Shown here: in pieces, positions 23,841 through 37,598 of the stretch
How positions within the stretch are numbered: the first letter of the stretch is position 1
Layout of the letters: each line of letters begins with the position of its first letter
From: Malacoraja senta
Taxonomy: Eukaryota
DNA length: 64,000 nucleotides
Reading direction: 5' to 3'
NCBI GenBank assembly: GCA_038087875.1
Contig: CM075988.1
Coordinates: 7,256,001-7,320,000 of the forward strand
The notes under the pieces: generated by a model
What the model was told of the DNA's origin: nothing
Seen by the model: the letters and a program-made list of their open reading frames with translations, nothing else
Databases searched by the model: none
Position numbers and translations under genes: made by a program

Positions 23841-25899
23841 AACACGCATTAACTCAATATACAGATTAACGTTATACAACGTTCACATAGGCAGATATTT
23901 AATACTATATAGGGTACAGTGTATATTAATGTGCAAGCAAACATTACCACACATGGATGCTAATATATAAGATAACAATAATGTGCACGTACAGTTCATA
24001 TAAAGTTCACAAAGATAAACTGCATGAAAATCTAAAGTTACTTGTCTAGTATGTTGCAGAATAGTTGCTCAGAAACATTTTAAGAAATAGAGTGAATGAA
24101 TACTTGGATAAATAATAACTGGTATATGTGAACCAAAATTTAAAGAATACATCTTGTATGACTAAACTAGTTGAATATGTTGTGGTCAATGCTATACAAG
24201 TAGATAAAGATGTTACTGATCTACTGACGGACGTTTTGAAGGCATTTTTGTTAAGTACACAAAAATAGAAGTAAGTTCCATTGAATGAGACATGTGCTGC
24301 ATTTGCAGGGTGTAGCAAGTTGGGAGCCCTATACTGGTATGACTATATCCTTTTTTGCTATATTTCTAAATGACTTAGACAATAGAGAACCATATTTCCA
24401 ACTACAGTGAATCCCGGTGTTATGTAGTAGTGAATAGTGTAAATGGGACATTGACAGATTGTGGACCAAACAATGAAAAACATAGAGGTCAGTGGCTTTG
24501 AATCCAAGAGTGATAGATTATTTTTCTAAATTATGAGAATCTAGAAACTGAAATCGCATTATTTAAGTGTGCATATCAGGAAAACACTGAAAACAAGTGA
24601 CCAGGTGAAAACATTATAAGATTGGTTGGAATGATAGACATAACATAGGTATCACAAAAGTAATGTTTTCATTTTTAAGTAATGTCTCAAAAACAAAATA
24701 TTGGTGTTGGAAGGAATGATTGATCAGAATTATCCCAGATTTAAGTGTTGACTGATAAGGGCATGCTCCGTACTCTAGTCTTGTATTCCCAATGGCATGG
24801 AAGATTAGTGGATGATCCAATTGAATTGAAATAAATAAACATGTTGAGTAAATAGACAGAAACTGTTTTACCTTGTAGGGCAGTCCAAAATAAAGTGCCA
24901 TGGCCTTAAAAGTAAAATAGAGCTAATCAGACATTATGTCTGGAAACTGTTCTTTAGACAATGAGCAGAAGAGCTATTTTCCTCAGATTTGTTGATGCTA
25001 TACCAATTGTTAATTTCAGAATCAAAATTAATGTGTTAGTTAGGTTCCCATTTCCCATGATTAGGGAAATTAGGTTGGACAGAGTCAATGGCTCCCCTAT
25101 GTTTCTACATACAGTGTACTAGTATAGGTTATGTAGCAATAGACACCTGGTACTAATATCCACAATGCACAATTATACACAATGAACTGGTTATGTAATC
25201 CTAATTTAGATGCAGAGCACTAATGTACATAATTACTTAATATCCTATAATTAAAATACACAATGCATTACTTATAGTGGCCAAATGTATACAATATTTT
25301 ATGATGCATGTAATAACCCACTGATTGTTAATCTACTAACCACATTAATCTACCAATGGCTTAAATACACACATGCCAAAAACTGGTTTGCACCTTCTTG
25401 AATTAAAAATGTAGCATGCAATCCTAAACTGATCTAACTAAATATATTTTGATTATTGATTTTGGGGGGAAACTGTGCTAATCATGAAATTGGATGAGGC
25501 ATTTCTGGTCACCATATATATAATTGTATCCATTGTTTCGCCACCATCTAATCTTCACCTAATAATATTAATCAATATGCAACACACGGTTCAACATTTG
25601 AGATGTAAATTGAAGTTCCCACCTTCAGTTAATGCTTACAATAAAACAAGAGCACAATGCTCTACTTTCTTTATTTAGGCAACAACTGACACCAAGACGC
25701 TTCATAAAGCAGGTCGGAAACTGAATGCAGACTGTTCAAACACCTCCCAGTACACAGAGTGGGCTCAACAAGCAAGGAGAACACAATTCATTTAACGGGT
25801 GCCTTAGGGAGGGTGGAACTTTGGTCCAGGAGATGCAGAATTGCTTATGTGAAGATCCTCGCTCAGGAATAGACAACCTTGCTCACAGTTTCTTTATAG

Positions 25900-26044
25900 A
25901 TTCAGGTTTTCCAATGTTGTCATTGCTGAGGGATATAAAACTTTACAGGATAACTTTCAGCTGCAGATTTGGGTCTGGACTGCTCTCATTGTGGAGGCTA
26001 ATGTCTTTGGTAAATCTCAATTTTTAGCTGTTGGATTTTTCCAG
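25900..26044 (+). other. Candidate exon (second copy 36914-37058)
   Basis: tttctttatag|A...TTCCAG|gtaacc; open frame FRFSNVVIAEGYKTLQDNFQLQIWVWTALIVEANVFGKSQFLAVGFFQ; no homologue recognised. Confidence 0.3.
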
Positions 26045-26237
26045 GTAACCGCTGCTGATCTCTGCCACATATTGCCTTTGGCTCACTACAGTGCTGTAGA
26101 TGTTTCCCTAGTTCTTTACTCAAGGAGGAACAACTTTGTATACTTTGATTTACAAGGATGTTGCCAAGACTCGAGGGCCTGAGCTATCGAGAGAGATTGA
26201 GCAGGCTAGGACTTTATTCCTTGGAGCACAGGAGGAT

Positions 26238-26437
26238 NNNNNNNNNNNNNNNNNNNNNNNNNNNNNNNNNNNNNNNNNNNNNNNNNNNNNNNNNNNNNNN
26301 NNNNNNNNNNNNNNNNNNNNNNNNNNNNNNNNNNNNNNNNNNNNNNNNNNNNNNNNNNNNNNNNNNNNNNNNNNNNNNNNNNNNNNNNNNNNNNNNNNNN
26401 NNNNNNNNNNNNNNNNNNNNNNNNNNNNNNNNNNNNN
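26238..26437. other. Assembly gap (200 N)
   Basis: Run of N. Confidence 1.
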
Positions 26438-29400
26438 AGGTAGTCTGGGAGGCTAGATTACGGTATGATGTCTCTAGTCTCATGAAGCTCATCAGCATGC
26501 TGGGAGTGGTCCCGGCAAGCGGGGCCAAGCCCTCCAGCAGGCTTTGGCTCGCTTGCCGGGGACAATGGACCTGCTCGGTAGGATCAGCTCGCCCGCCCCA
26601 GACTCCGAAAATGGACCCAGGCCATCAGCTTCTGGACCCACGCCGCGATAGCGAAGGGGACCTACAAGCAACTGCTGCAAACGATGTGGACCCACGAGTA
26701 ACCGCTAAGAGCGAATGAACTGTCGGAGAGTGAGTAAGCCCGTCTAGGTCGAGAGCCAGGAGTAGAGTGAGGAAGACAGCCGGAGAACGAGTTATGAGGT
26801 CGGAGCGAGGATGACTGTTGAGGTCAAGAGCGGGGAATTACACCAGAGAGCGAGGAGGGCTGTCGGTGAGGAAGTAAAGGCATCGGAGAACCTGGTAGGC
26901 TGTTGAGTTCGAGAGTGACGAGGGCCGTGGAGGTCGAGAGCGTGGAGGGCCGATGGAGAGTAAGTTCCGACGAGAACGATGGGGGATACCATTAACGGGG
27001 TAGGCCAAGTACGATGGGATGACGTGGGTGTCCTTGTTGCCTAAGTGTGCCAGAGATGAGTTTAGGACCAGGGAGTTGGTGCCTGATGTGGTTTTGTTGC
27101 AACAGTAGTCAAATTGTAGTGAATCATGGTTGTGTTGGAAGCTAGATTAATGAATGCCATCACTTCTCTCATGAAGCTTCGTAGCAGCGTGCTGGATCTG
27201 TTCCAGGCAAGTGGGGCCAAGCCCTCCAGCTGGCCCCGGCTCGTCGGGGAAAGCCATCAGAAAGTGAAGAGGGCCATTGGAAAGCGAGGAAGTGAGGGTG
27301 GAGGAGGACCGCCAGATAATAAAGAGAGCTGCCGGAAAGGGAAGAGGGCTGTTGGAGTATTCCCGGCAAGTGGGGCTAGCCTTTCAGAACGGGACAGTGG
27401 ACCCACCCGCTCGACCTTGCTCGTCCGCCGAGGACTTCAAAGTCGGAACCGGGTTACCAGTGTCAGGACCCAGGCCACGGGAGAGAGGAGTGACTCTTGA
27501 GCAATACCCGAGAGCGAAGGGACGTTTGGAGAGAGTGGTAGGGAGCGAGGAAGGCCGTTGGAGAGCGGCGAGGACCACTGGAAATTGACGATGCCCTTCC
27601 AGATTGAAGAAGGCAGTCGGAAAACATGGTAGGCCATCAAGGTCAAGAGCGAGGAGTGCCACAGAGAGTGAGGGGATGCTCCGCTGGGGGGGAGCAAGCA
27701 TTGTTATCGAGAGCGAGGGGGGCCGTCGAGAGTGAGGAAGGTTGTTGAGAAGGGGAGGACCTTGAATGTCGAGAATGTGGAGGGCTGTCGGAGAGCGGAG
27801 GGCCGTTGGAGAGTTATGGGCCTGTCCCACTTAGGCGACTTTTTAGGCAACTGCAACTGCTCCTATGCTGAGTGTTTGCGGGTCCGAGATGTGCTTTCCC
27901 AGCCTCACATGCTGCTTCCTGTCTGTCAGGAAGTTGGTGATCCACTGACAGAGGGGTTCAGGCACAGTCAACTCGGAAAGTTTGGAGTGTAGTATCTGGC
28001 ACAATGGTGTTGAATGCAGAGCTAAAATCAACAAACAGGATCCTCGCATAGGTCCCATGGCAGTCTAGGTGCTGTAGGATGAAGTGTAGGCCCAGGTTGA
28101 CTGCATCATCCACAGATCTATTGGCCCGATATGCAAACTGCATAGGGTCCAGCAGGGAGTTTGTGATATTTTTCAACTTGGCCAGCACTAGCCTTTCGAG
28201 TGTCTTCATGACTACAGAGGTCAGTGCGACAGGCCTGTAGTCATTGAGACATGTAATCCTTGCCCAAACAATGCAAACTAATAAATTAACTCTTACTACT
28301 CTATTAAATCTGCTACAGTTCCACCACCGATTTTCTGGTAAATGATGGTCCGGCACCTCCTCTAATCTGGACCAAATAGTGAGGGTGCAGCGCTACCGTG
28401 TGAGAGTACAGCGCTACCCACCGCCGATTTGGCGCGCAAGGCAATGCACATACTGCTACCGGCTGCAGACTTGCCGTGCAAAGGTTTAAACAGAGCGCTG
28501 TCGGCTTGGCGTGTGGAGCTTTAAACAAAGCGCTGTCGGCCACAGCGCCATCAGCCATTGAATATAGCGCTACCGGCCACAGCTTTATGGGGCTTTAAAC
28601 ATAGCGCTACCGTCCACAGCACTATCAATCACGGACTGTTTGGGCAAAACTCTTATTACAGTGTGACGCTCGCTTTTTTGGGATGTGTGCCTCCATCCCG
28701 AAAGAGTTATTTGTTTTCTTCTGCAATTTTTGATGGTTGTTATATTCCGGACGGCAAAATGAAGAACAAGACTTACACACTGGTTGCTTGAATCATGAGA
28801 GAGAGAGGGATTTATTACCCAGCATTCCCTGCTTATATTGAACACCAACTCATTAACATACACATGAATATGTATGAATACATTACACTGCTCTCCTTTA
28901 CCTAAGTTCTCAGTTACAATTTTGTTGTAATACTTGATTTAAACCAGTATTTATTTTACATATCTACACATTTTTGTTTTACTTGTGCAGTGAGTTATTT
29001 AACTTACAAACCTAACCAGACTACTGGTTTACGGATCCTGCCTGATTGTCTAACAGTAACAGGTGTAACAGGTTTGGATCATGGAAACTTCATTGTCATT
29101 CAGACCTTTCGGTCTGAACGAAATTTCGTTGCCTTGCAGTCATACATATAATAAAATAACAAAACACACAATAAACACAAATTTAACATCCACCACAGTG
29201 AGTTCACCAGACACCTCACTGTGATGGAAGGCAAAAATCTTAAGTCTTTGTCTCTTCCCTCCTTGTTCTCCCTCTGCGCGAAGGCGATCCAGGCCTCCGA
29301 TATTGTGACCCCACCGTGTGATGGTAAGTAAGTCCCGCGGCCCAACCATGCTCCGCGAACGGGCCGGTTCAATCTCCGCGGCCCGGGGTAGTCGAAGCTG

Positions 29401-32293
29401 CCGCCCTCCAGTCCAGCGGACAAAGCTGTTGCCGCGGGAGCTCTGGAAAAACAGGTCACCAACCTGTGACCTGCGAGCTCCCGACGTTGTCGTCTACTGG
29501 GCCCGCGGCCGAACCTCCGAAATCGGGTCGCCGCCGCCGTAACACCACCTCAGCCCCGAGTCGGGTCGCTGCCGCCGGAACACCACCTCAGCCCCGAGTC
29601 GGGCCGCCGCCGCCGCCAGAACACCACCTCAGCCCCGAGTCGGGTCGCCGCCGCCGGAATACCACCTCAGCCCCGAGTCGAGTCGCCGCCGCCGGAACAC
29701 CACCTCAGCCCCGAGTCAGGCCACCACCGGAACGCCAGAACCCGCCGCAGCCCCGAAGTCAGCCAGCCTCGCGCTGGTAAGTCCTGGCTGGCTCTGCCTC
29801 CGGAGCCTCGAGGTCGGTCGCAGTTGGAGGCCGCCAGCTCCGCCATTAGGGCCTCAGCGCAGATGGAGAAGGAGACGGGGATACGACAAGAAAAGTTGCA
29901 TTCCCCCGAAGGAAGAGACTAAAACGCGTTGCTCCCACCCCCCCCCCCCCCACACATACACAACCTAATAACTCAAATTAACTAGCTAAAACAGGACAAG
30001 AAAACAACAAAAAAAGAAAAAACAAATGGACTGCAGGCGAGCCGCAGCTGCCGAGGCAGCGCCGCCACTCCAAAAGGTGTTGGTGTTGACTCAACTGTAG
30101 GCTTGTTTGGCTCTGTTTTAGTATCCTGACTTTGACCAGAGGAATCTGTTTCTTTGTCTGTGCTAACTTAACTTTGTGTTTCAATCACAGTGGTCTTTTC
30201 CAACTCACTTTCAGATAAAAACTCGGGGATTAGGACTTCATCCTCAGTTTTTGGTTCATCTTTGGCTGGAATCATTTGATCAACATGAACACTTTTGATC
30301 CTATCTCCAACTTCAACTAAGTATCTTTTTGTTCCACAAACTTCCATTATTTTCCCAACATCCTATTTGTCTCGGCTGGACTTGTTGGGAAGACTGAGAA
30401 CACGAACTTGCTCATCTGGCTTGAAGTTCCTCTCCTTTTTGTGGGAGTCAAAATGGCATTTTTGACAACTGTTTTTGCTCAACTCTCAAGGCCAAATTGG
30501 GTATTCTTAGCCTTCTCTTCATTAACAGTTCTGCAGGTGAGTGACCCATTCTTGTGTGGTTCTGTACTTCAGCAAAGAAACTAGCCAAACGATGCCTCAC
30601 GCTGAGCTTTGAACTACCCTGCAAAACCTGTTTCTTGAGAGCATCTTTTACAACTCTAACAGACCTTGCCGCCGCCCTGTTGGAGGCTGGATGGTATGGG
30701 GGAACAAGTGTGTGTTTTACACCATTCTCGCTGCATGTACTCTTTGAACCGTTCTGAACGAAACTGAGGCCCGTTATCAGAAACAAGTTCTTCCAGTAAA
30801 CCATGGCATGCAAAAATGGATTTCAGCTCATCTATGGTACGCTCAGTAGTAGTGCTTGACCCCAGATGCTTAACCTCAATCCACTTGGAATGACTATCTA
30901 CTATTACCAGAAAGTGATCATTACCCTTCTCACAAAAATCTACATGAACTCTCTGAAAAGGTCTACATGGCCATGACCAGGGTTGCAGTGGTGTTTTTGG
31001 TGGTTTACTCCTGCAATTTTGGCAGACGCTACATTTGCTCACCAGTGACTCGATGTCACTGTCAATACCAGGCCAATACACAAAACCTCTGGCAATTGAC
31101 TTCATGCTTACTATGCCAGGATGTTCAGCATGAAGTTCATTCATAATTTTGTTTCTCAAAGACTCTGGTACAACCACTCTGTATACTCACTTCATGCATC
31201 CCTGCTCACATTAAAATTCATGGCGTCGATTATGGAAAGGCTGCAGCTCTGAGTTCAGTTACGAGTTCAATCCACTATTGATTTCAGTCCAACCTGTTCA
31301 ATGAATGTTCATAGACTCTCTTCAGCACAGTGTCTTTCTCTGTCTCTGTTGCAGTCACTGGAAAGTCTTAATCTACAACTTGCAGTGTATAGATTGAATT
31401 CTCGCCTCCCACGAGCTAATTCAAGAGCTCTCCCGAGTTTAAAAAAAAATCAAACTCGTGGTCAGCAAATATTCTGCATGTTTGCTTATGGTGTATGGAG
31501 TCCTAACATAAAGAGCAATTAAATATACAGAGTGAAATATATAATGATCTTATATGCAAACTGACCTTGTGTACCAATTTCTATAATTTACAGTATAACT
31601 ATTTATAGCTACAGGTTATTGTGAGTGTCTTTAAGTATGGTGAAATTAAAGTATAACAAAGTGAGTTAACATGTAAATATGCTCCTAAAGCGTACCCCCC
31701 TTAGTCTAGTTCAGTAAAAACACTGAGTCAAGCACTGGACCAACTAAACTTTATTTTTGAACGAACAACAAATACCCCTATACGATACCTAAACCACCGC
31801 GGGTTCGATCCTTGTCTCTGCCTGGCCAAGCCCTTCAGCCTCGTGCAAGCAGACACTACCAAAAGGTCATGCAATCCCAAGTGCCCATCCAGAAGATCGA
31901 CGATGATCCAAGTGGGGGCTACCTGTTATATGTCAACGAACCATGAGGGGCCGAACTACATAGGGGTGGTTCCCCTTACAAACCAATCACACATATCGAT
32001 TACATTAAAGTATTATTGACCGTCCCCCAACCCAATTACAAAGAGTCCCAAACAATGTTTCTACAGAAGCTTCTGGAAGGAAGTAAATTAATCAAATAAC
32101 GCAACATTCTCATGGGTAATGTAAACAATTCAAACAAGGCTTCACACTTCAGCCAATCCTCAAACAGCAGGATAACTGTCCTGCAACATTATTAACACTT
32201 TACAATCCCGTTGCAGCAACCCAATCAAATCAATGCATTTATAACACCTTGAAGTTTATTTGCATGGTCCTCATTATCAATTGAGAGGACATC

Positions 32294-34713
32294 TGGATCT
32301 TCTTGGAATGTATGCGGGATAGTTTTCTAAACCAACATGTAGAGGAACCAACGAGAGAGCAGGCTATTCTAGACTGGGTATTGAGTAATGAGGAAGGGTT
32401 AGTTAGCAGTCTTGTGCGTGGCCCCTTGGGCAAGAGTGACCATAATATGGTTGAGTTCTTCATTAGGATGGAGAGTGACATTGTTAATTCAGAAAAAAGG
32501 GTTCTGAACTTAAAGAAAGGTAACTTTGAGTGTATGAGATGTGAATTGGCCAAGATAGACTGGCAATTGATTCTTAAAGGGTTGACGGTGGATATGCAAT
32601 GGAAGGCATTTAAAGACTGCATGGATGAAATACAACAATTGTTCATCCCAGTTTGGCAAAAGAATAAATCAGGGAAGGTAGTGCATCTGTGGATAACAAG
32701 GGAAATCAGGGATAGTATCAAAGCAAAAGATGAAGCATACAAATTAGCCAGAAAAAGCAGCCTACCAGAGGACTGGGAGAAATTCAGAGTCCAGCAGAGG
32801 AGGACAAAGGGCTTAATTAGGAAAGGGAAAATAGATTATGAAAGAAAACTGGCAGGGAACATAAAAACTGACTGTAAAAGTTTTTATAGATATGTGAAGA
32901 GAAAAAGATTAGTTAAAACAAATGTAGGTCGCTTGCAGTCAGAAACAGGTGAATTGATCATGGGGAACAAGGACATGGCAGACCAATTGAATAACTACTT
33001 TGGTTCTGTCTTCACAAAGGAAGACATAAATAATCTGCCGGAAATAGCAGGGGACCGGGGGTCAAATGAGATGGAGGAACTGAGTGAAATCCAGGTTAGC
33101 CGGGAAGTGGTGTTAGGTAAATTGAATGGATTAAAGGCCGATAAATCCCAAGGGCCAGATAGGCTGCATCCCAGAGTACTTAAGGAAGTAGCCCCAGGAA
33201 TAGTGGATGCATTAGTGATAATTTTTCAAAACTCTTTAAATTCTGGAGTAGTTCCTGAGGATTGGAGGGTAGCTAATGTAACCCCACTTTTTAAAAAGGG
33301 AGGGAGAGAGAAAACGGGGAATTACAGACCAGTTAGCCTAACATCGGTAGTGGGGAAAATGCTAGAGTCATTTATTAAAGATGGGATAGCAGCACATTTG
33401 GAAAGTGGTGAAATCATTGGACAAAGTCAGCATGGATTTATGAAAGGTAAATCATGTCTGACGAATCTTATAGAATTTTTCAAGGATGTGACTAGTAGAG
33501 TGGATAAGGGAGAACCAGGGGATGTGTTATATCTGGACTTTCAGAAGGCTTTCGACAAGGTCCCACATAAGAGATTAGTATACAAACTTAAAGCACACGG
33601 TATTGGAGGTTCAGTATTGATGTGGATAGAGAACTGGCTGGCAGACAGGAAGCAAAGAGTAGGAGTAAACGAGTCGTTTTCAGAATGGCAGGCAGTGACT
33701 AGTGGGGTACCGCAAGGCTCAGTGCTGGGACCCCAGCTATTTACAATATATATTAATGATCTGGATGAGGGAATTGAATGCAGCATCTCCAAGTTTGCAG
33801 ATGACACGAAGCTGGGGGGCAGTGTTAGCTGTGAGGAGGATGCTAGGAAGCTGCAAGGCGACTTGGATAGGTTGGGTGAGTGGGCAAATGCATGGCAGAT
33901 GCAGTATAATGTGGATAAATGTAAGGTTATCCACTTTGGTGGCAAAAACAGGAAAGTAGACTATTATCTGAATGGTGGCCGATTAGGAAAAGGGGAGATG
34001 CAACGAGACCTGGGTGTCATGGTACACCAGTCATTGAAAGTAGGCATGCAGGTGCAGCAGGCAGTGAAGAAAGCGAATGGTATGTTAGCATTCATAGCAA
34101 AAGGATTTGAGTATAATAGCAGGGAGGTTCTACTGCAGTTGTACAGGGTCTTGGTGAGACCACACCTGGAGTAGTGCGTACAGTTTTGGTCTCCTAATCT
34201 GAGGAAAGACATTCTTGCCATAGAGGGAGTACAGAGAAGGTTCACCAGACTGATTCCTGGGATGGCAGGACTTTCATATGAAGAAAGACTGGATAGACTC
34301 GGCTTGTACTTGCTAGAATTTGGAAGATTGAGGGGGGATCTTATAGAAACTTACAAAAGTCTTAAGGGGTTGGACAGGCTAGATGCAGGAAGATTGTTCC
34401 CGATGTTGGGGAAGTCCAGAACAAGGGGTCACAGTTTAAGGATAAGGGGGAAGTCTTTTAGATGAGAAGAACATTTTTCACACAGAGAGTGGTGAATCTG
34501 TGGAGTTCTCTGCCACAGAAGGTAGTTGAGGCCAGTTCATTGGCTATATTTAAGAGGGAGTTAGATGTGGCCCTTGTGGCTAAAGGGATCAGGGGGTATG
34601 GAGAGAAGGCAGGTACAGGATACTGAGTTGGATGATCAGCCATGATCATATTGAATGGCGGTGCGGGCTCGAAGGGCCGAATGGCCTACTCCTGCACCTA
34701 TTTTCTATGTTTC
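32294..34713 (+). mobile_element. CR1 LINE, duplicate of 21280-23699
   Basis: Identical 623-aa ORF at 32303-34174. Confidence 0.95.
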
Positions 34714-37159
34714 CCCATCCTGCATATCAATCTAGGGCTCAGACTGGCTGGCACCATCCACAGCCTGTAATTTTCCACAGACAAAGGTTAAGCAAATCTT
34801 ACAAATGCAGGGATCCTCCATTTTATAGTGTCTTCAATTTGGTCAATATTAACAAACACGCATTAACTCAATATACAGATTAACGTTATACAACGTTCAC
34901 ATAGGCAGATATTTAATACTATATAGGGTACAGTGTATATTAATGTGCAAGCAAACATTACCACACATGGATGCTAATATATAAGATAACAATAATGTGC
35001 ACGTACAGTTCATATAAAGTTCACAAAGATAAACTGCATGAAAATCTAAAGTTACTTGTCTAGTATGTTGCAGAATAGTTGCTCAGAAACATTTTAAGAA
35101 ATAGAGTGAATGAATACTTGGATAAATAATAACTGGTATATGTGAACCAAAATTTAAAGAATACATCTTGTATGACTAAACTAGTTGAATATGTTGTGGT
35201 CAATGCTATACAAGTAGATAAAGATGTTACTGATCTACTGACGGACGTTTTGAAGGCATTTTTGTTAAGTACACAAAAATAGAAGTAAGTTCCATTGAAT
35301 GAGACATGTGCTGCATTTGCAGGGTGTAGCAAGTTGGGAGCCCTATACTGGTATGACTATATCCTTTTTTGCTATATTTCTAAATGACTTAGACAATAGA
35401 GAACCATATTTCCAACTACAGTGAATCCCGGTGTTATGTAGTAGTGAATAGTGTAAATGGGACATTGACAGATTGTGGACCAAACAATGAAAAACATAGA
35501 GGTCAGTGGCTTTGAATCCAAGAGTGATAGATTATTTTTCTAAATTATGAGAATCTAGAAACTGAAATCGCATTATTTAAGTGTGCATATCAGGAAAACA
35601 CTGAAAACAAGTGACCAGGTGAAAACATTATAAGATTGGTTGGAATGATAGACATAACATAGGTATCACAAAAGTAATGTTTTCATTTTTAAGTAATGTC
35701 TCAAAAACAAAATATTGGTGTTGGAAGGAATGATTGATCAGAATTATCCCAGATTTAAGTGTTGACTGATAAGGGCATGCTCCGTACTCTAGTCTTGTAT
35801 TCCCAATGGCATGGAAGATTAGTGGATGATCCAATTGAATTGAAATAAATAAACATGTTGAGTAAATAGACAGAAACTGTTTTACCTTGTAGGGCAGTCC
35901 AAAATAAAGTGCCATGGCCTTAAAAGTAAAATAGAGCTAATCAGACATTATGTCTGGAAACTGTTCTTTAGACAATGAGCAGAAGAGCTATTTTCCTCAG
36001 ATTTGTTGATGCTATACCAATTGTTAATTTCAGAATCAAAATTAATGTGTTAGTTAGGTTCCCATTTCCCATGATTAGGGAAATTAGGTTGGACAGAGTC
36101 AATGGCTCCCCTATGTTTCTACATACAGTGTACTAGTATAGGTTATGTAGCAATAGACACCTGGTACTAATATCCACAATGCACAATTATACACAATGAA
36201 CTGGTTATGTAATCCTAATTTAGATGCAGAGCACTAATGTACATAATTACTTAATATCCTATAATTAAAATACACAATGCATTACTTATAGTGGCCAAAT
36301 GTATACAATATTTTATGATGCATGTAATAACCCACTGATTGTTAATCTACTAACCACATTAATCTACCAATGGCTTAAATACACACATGCCAAAAACTGG
36401 TTTGCACCTTCTTGAATTAAAAATGTAGCATGCAATCCTAAACTGATCTAACTAAATATATTTTGATTATTGATTTTGGGGGGAAACTGTGCTAATCATG
36501 AAATTGGATGAGGCATTTCTGGTCACCATATATATAATTGTATCCATTGTTTCGCCACCATCTAATCTTCACCTAATAATATTAATCAATATGCAACACA
36601 CGGTTCAACATTTGAGATGTAAATTGAAGTTCCCACCTTCAGTTAATGCTTACAATAAAACAAGAGCACAATGCTCTACTTTCTTTATTTAGGCAACAAC
36701 TGACACCAAGACGCTTCATAAAGCAGGTCGGAAACTGAATGCAGACTGTTCAAACACCTCCCAGTACACAGAGTGGGCTCAACAAGCAAGGAGAACACAA
36801 TTCATTTAACGGGTGCCTTAGGGAGGGTGGAACTTTGGTCCAGGAGATGCAGAATTGCTTATGTGAAGATCCTCGCTCAGGAATAGACAACCTTGCTCAC
36901 AGTTTCTTTATAGATTCAGGTTTTCCAATGTTGTCATTGCTGAGGGATATAAAACTTTACAGGATAACTTTCAGCTGCAGATTTGGGTCTGGACTGCTCT
37001 CATTGTGGAGGCTAATGTCTTTGGTAAATCTCAATTTTTAGCTGTTGGATTTTTCCAGGTAACCGCTGCTGATCTCTGCCACATATTGCCTTTGGCTCAC
37101 TACAGTGCTGTAGATGTTTCCCTAGTTCTTTACTCAAGGAGGAACAACTTTGTATACTT

Positions 37160-37598
37160 TGATTTACAAGGATGTTGCCAAGACTCGAGGGCCTGAGCTA
37201 TCGAGAGAGATTGAGCAGGCTAGGACTTTATTCCTTGGAGCACAGGAGGATGAGGGGTTATCTTATAGAGGTGCATAAGATTATGAGGGAAATATCTAGG
37301 GGAAATGCACAGTCTTTTACCCAGTGTAGGGGAATCAAAAACCAGTGGACATAAGGTTTTTGATTCCTATTTACACAAAGGATGGTGGGTATATGGAATA
37401 AGCTGCCAGAGGAAGTAGTTCAGGCAGGTACTATCATACCGTTCATAAGATGTTTGGACAGGTACGTGGATAGGATAGGCTTATAAGGATATGGGCCAAA
37501 TACAGGCAGGTGGTTCTAGTGTAGATGGGGCATGTTGGTTGGCATAGGCAAGTTGGGCTGAGGGCCTGTTTCCACACTGCATGACTCCATGATTCTAG
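37160..37598 (+). mobile_element. Older CR1 3' fragment
   Basis: MLPRLEGLSYRERLSRLGLYSLEHRRMRGYLIEVHKIM followed by a CR1-type 3' UTR. Confidence 0.85.

Larger units (their letters stand above)
15424..37251 (+). repeat. 10.8-kb direct duplication (15424-26237 = 26438-37251) across an assembly gap
   Basis: ORFs recur with identical translations at an offset of 11014; the copies abut the N run. Confidence 0.97.
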
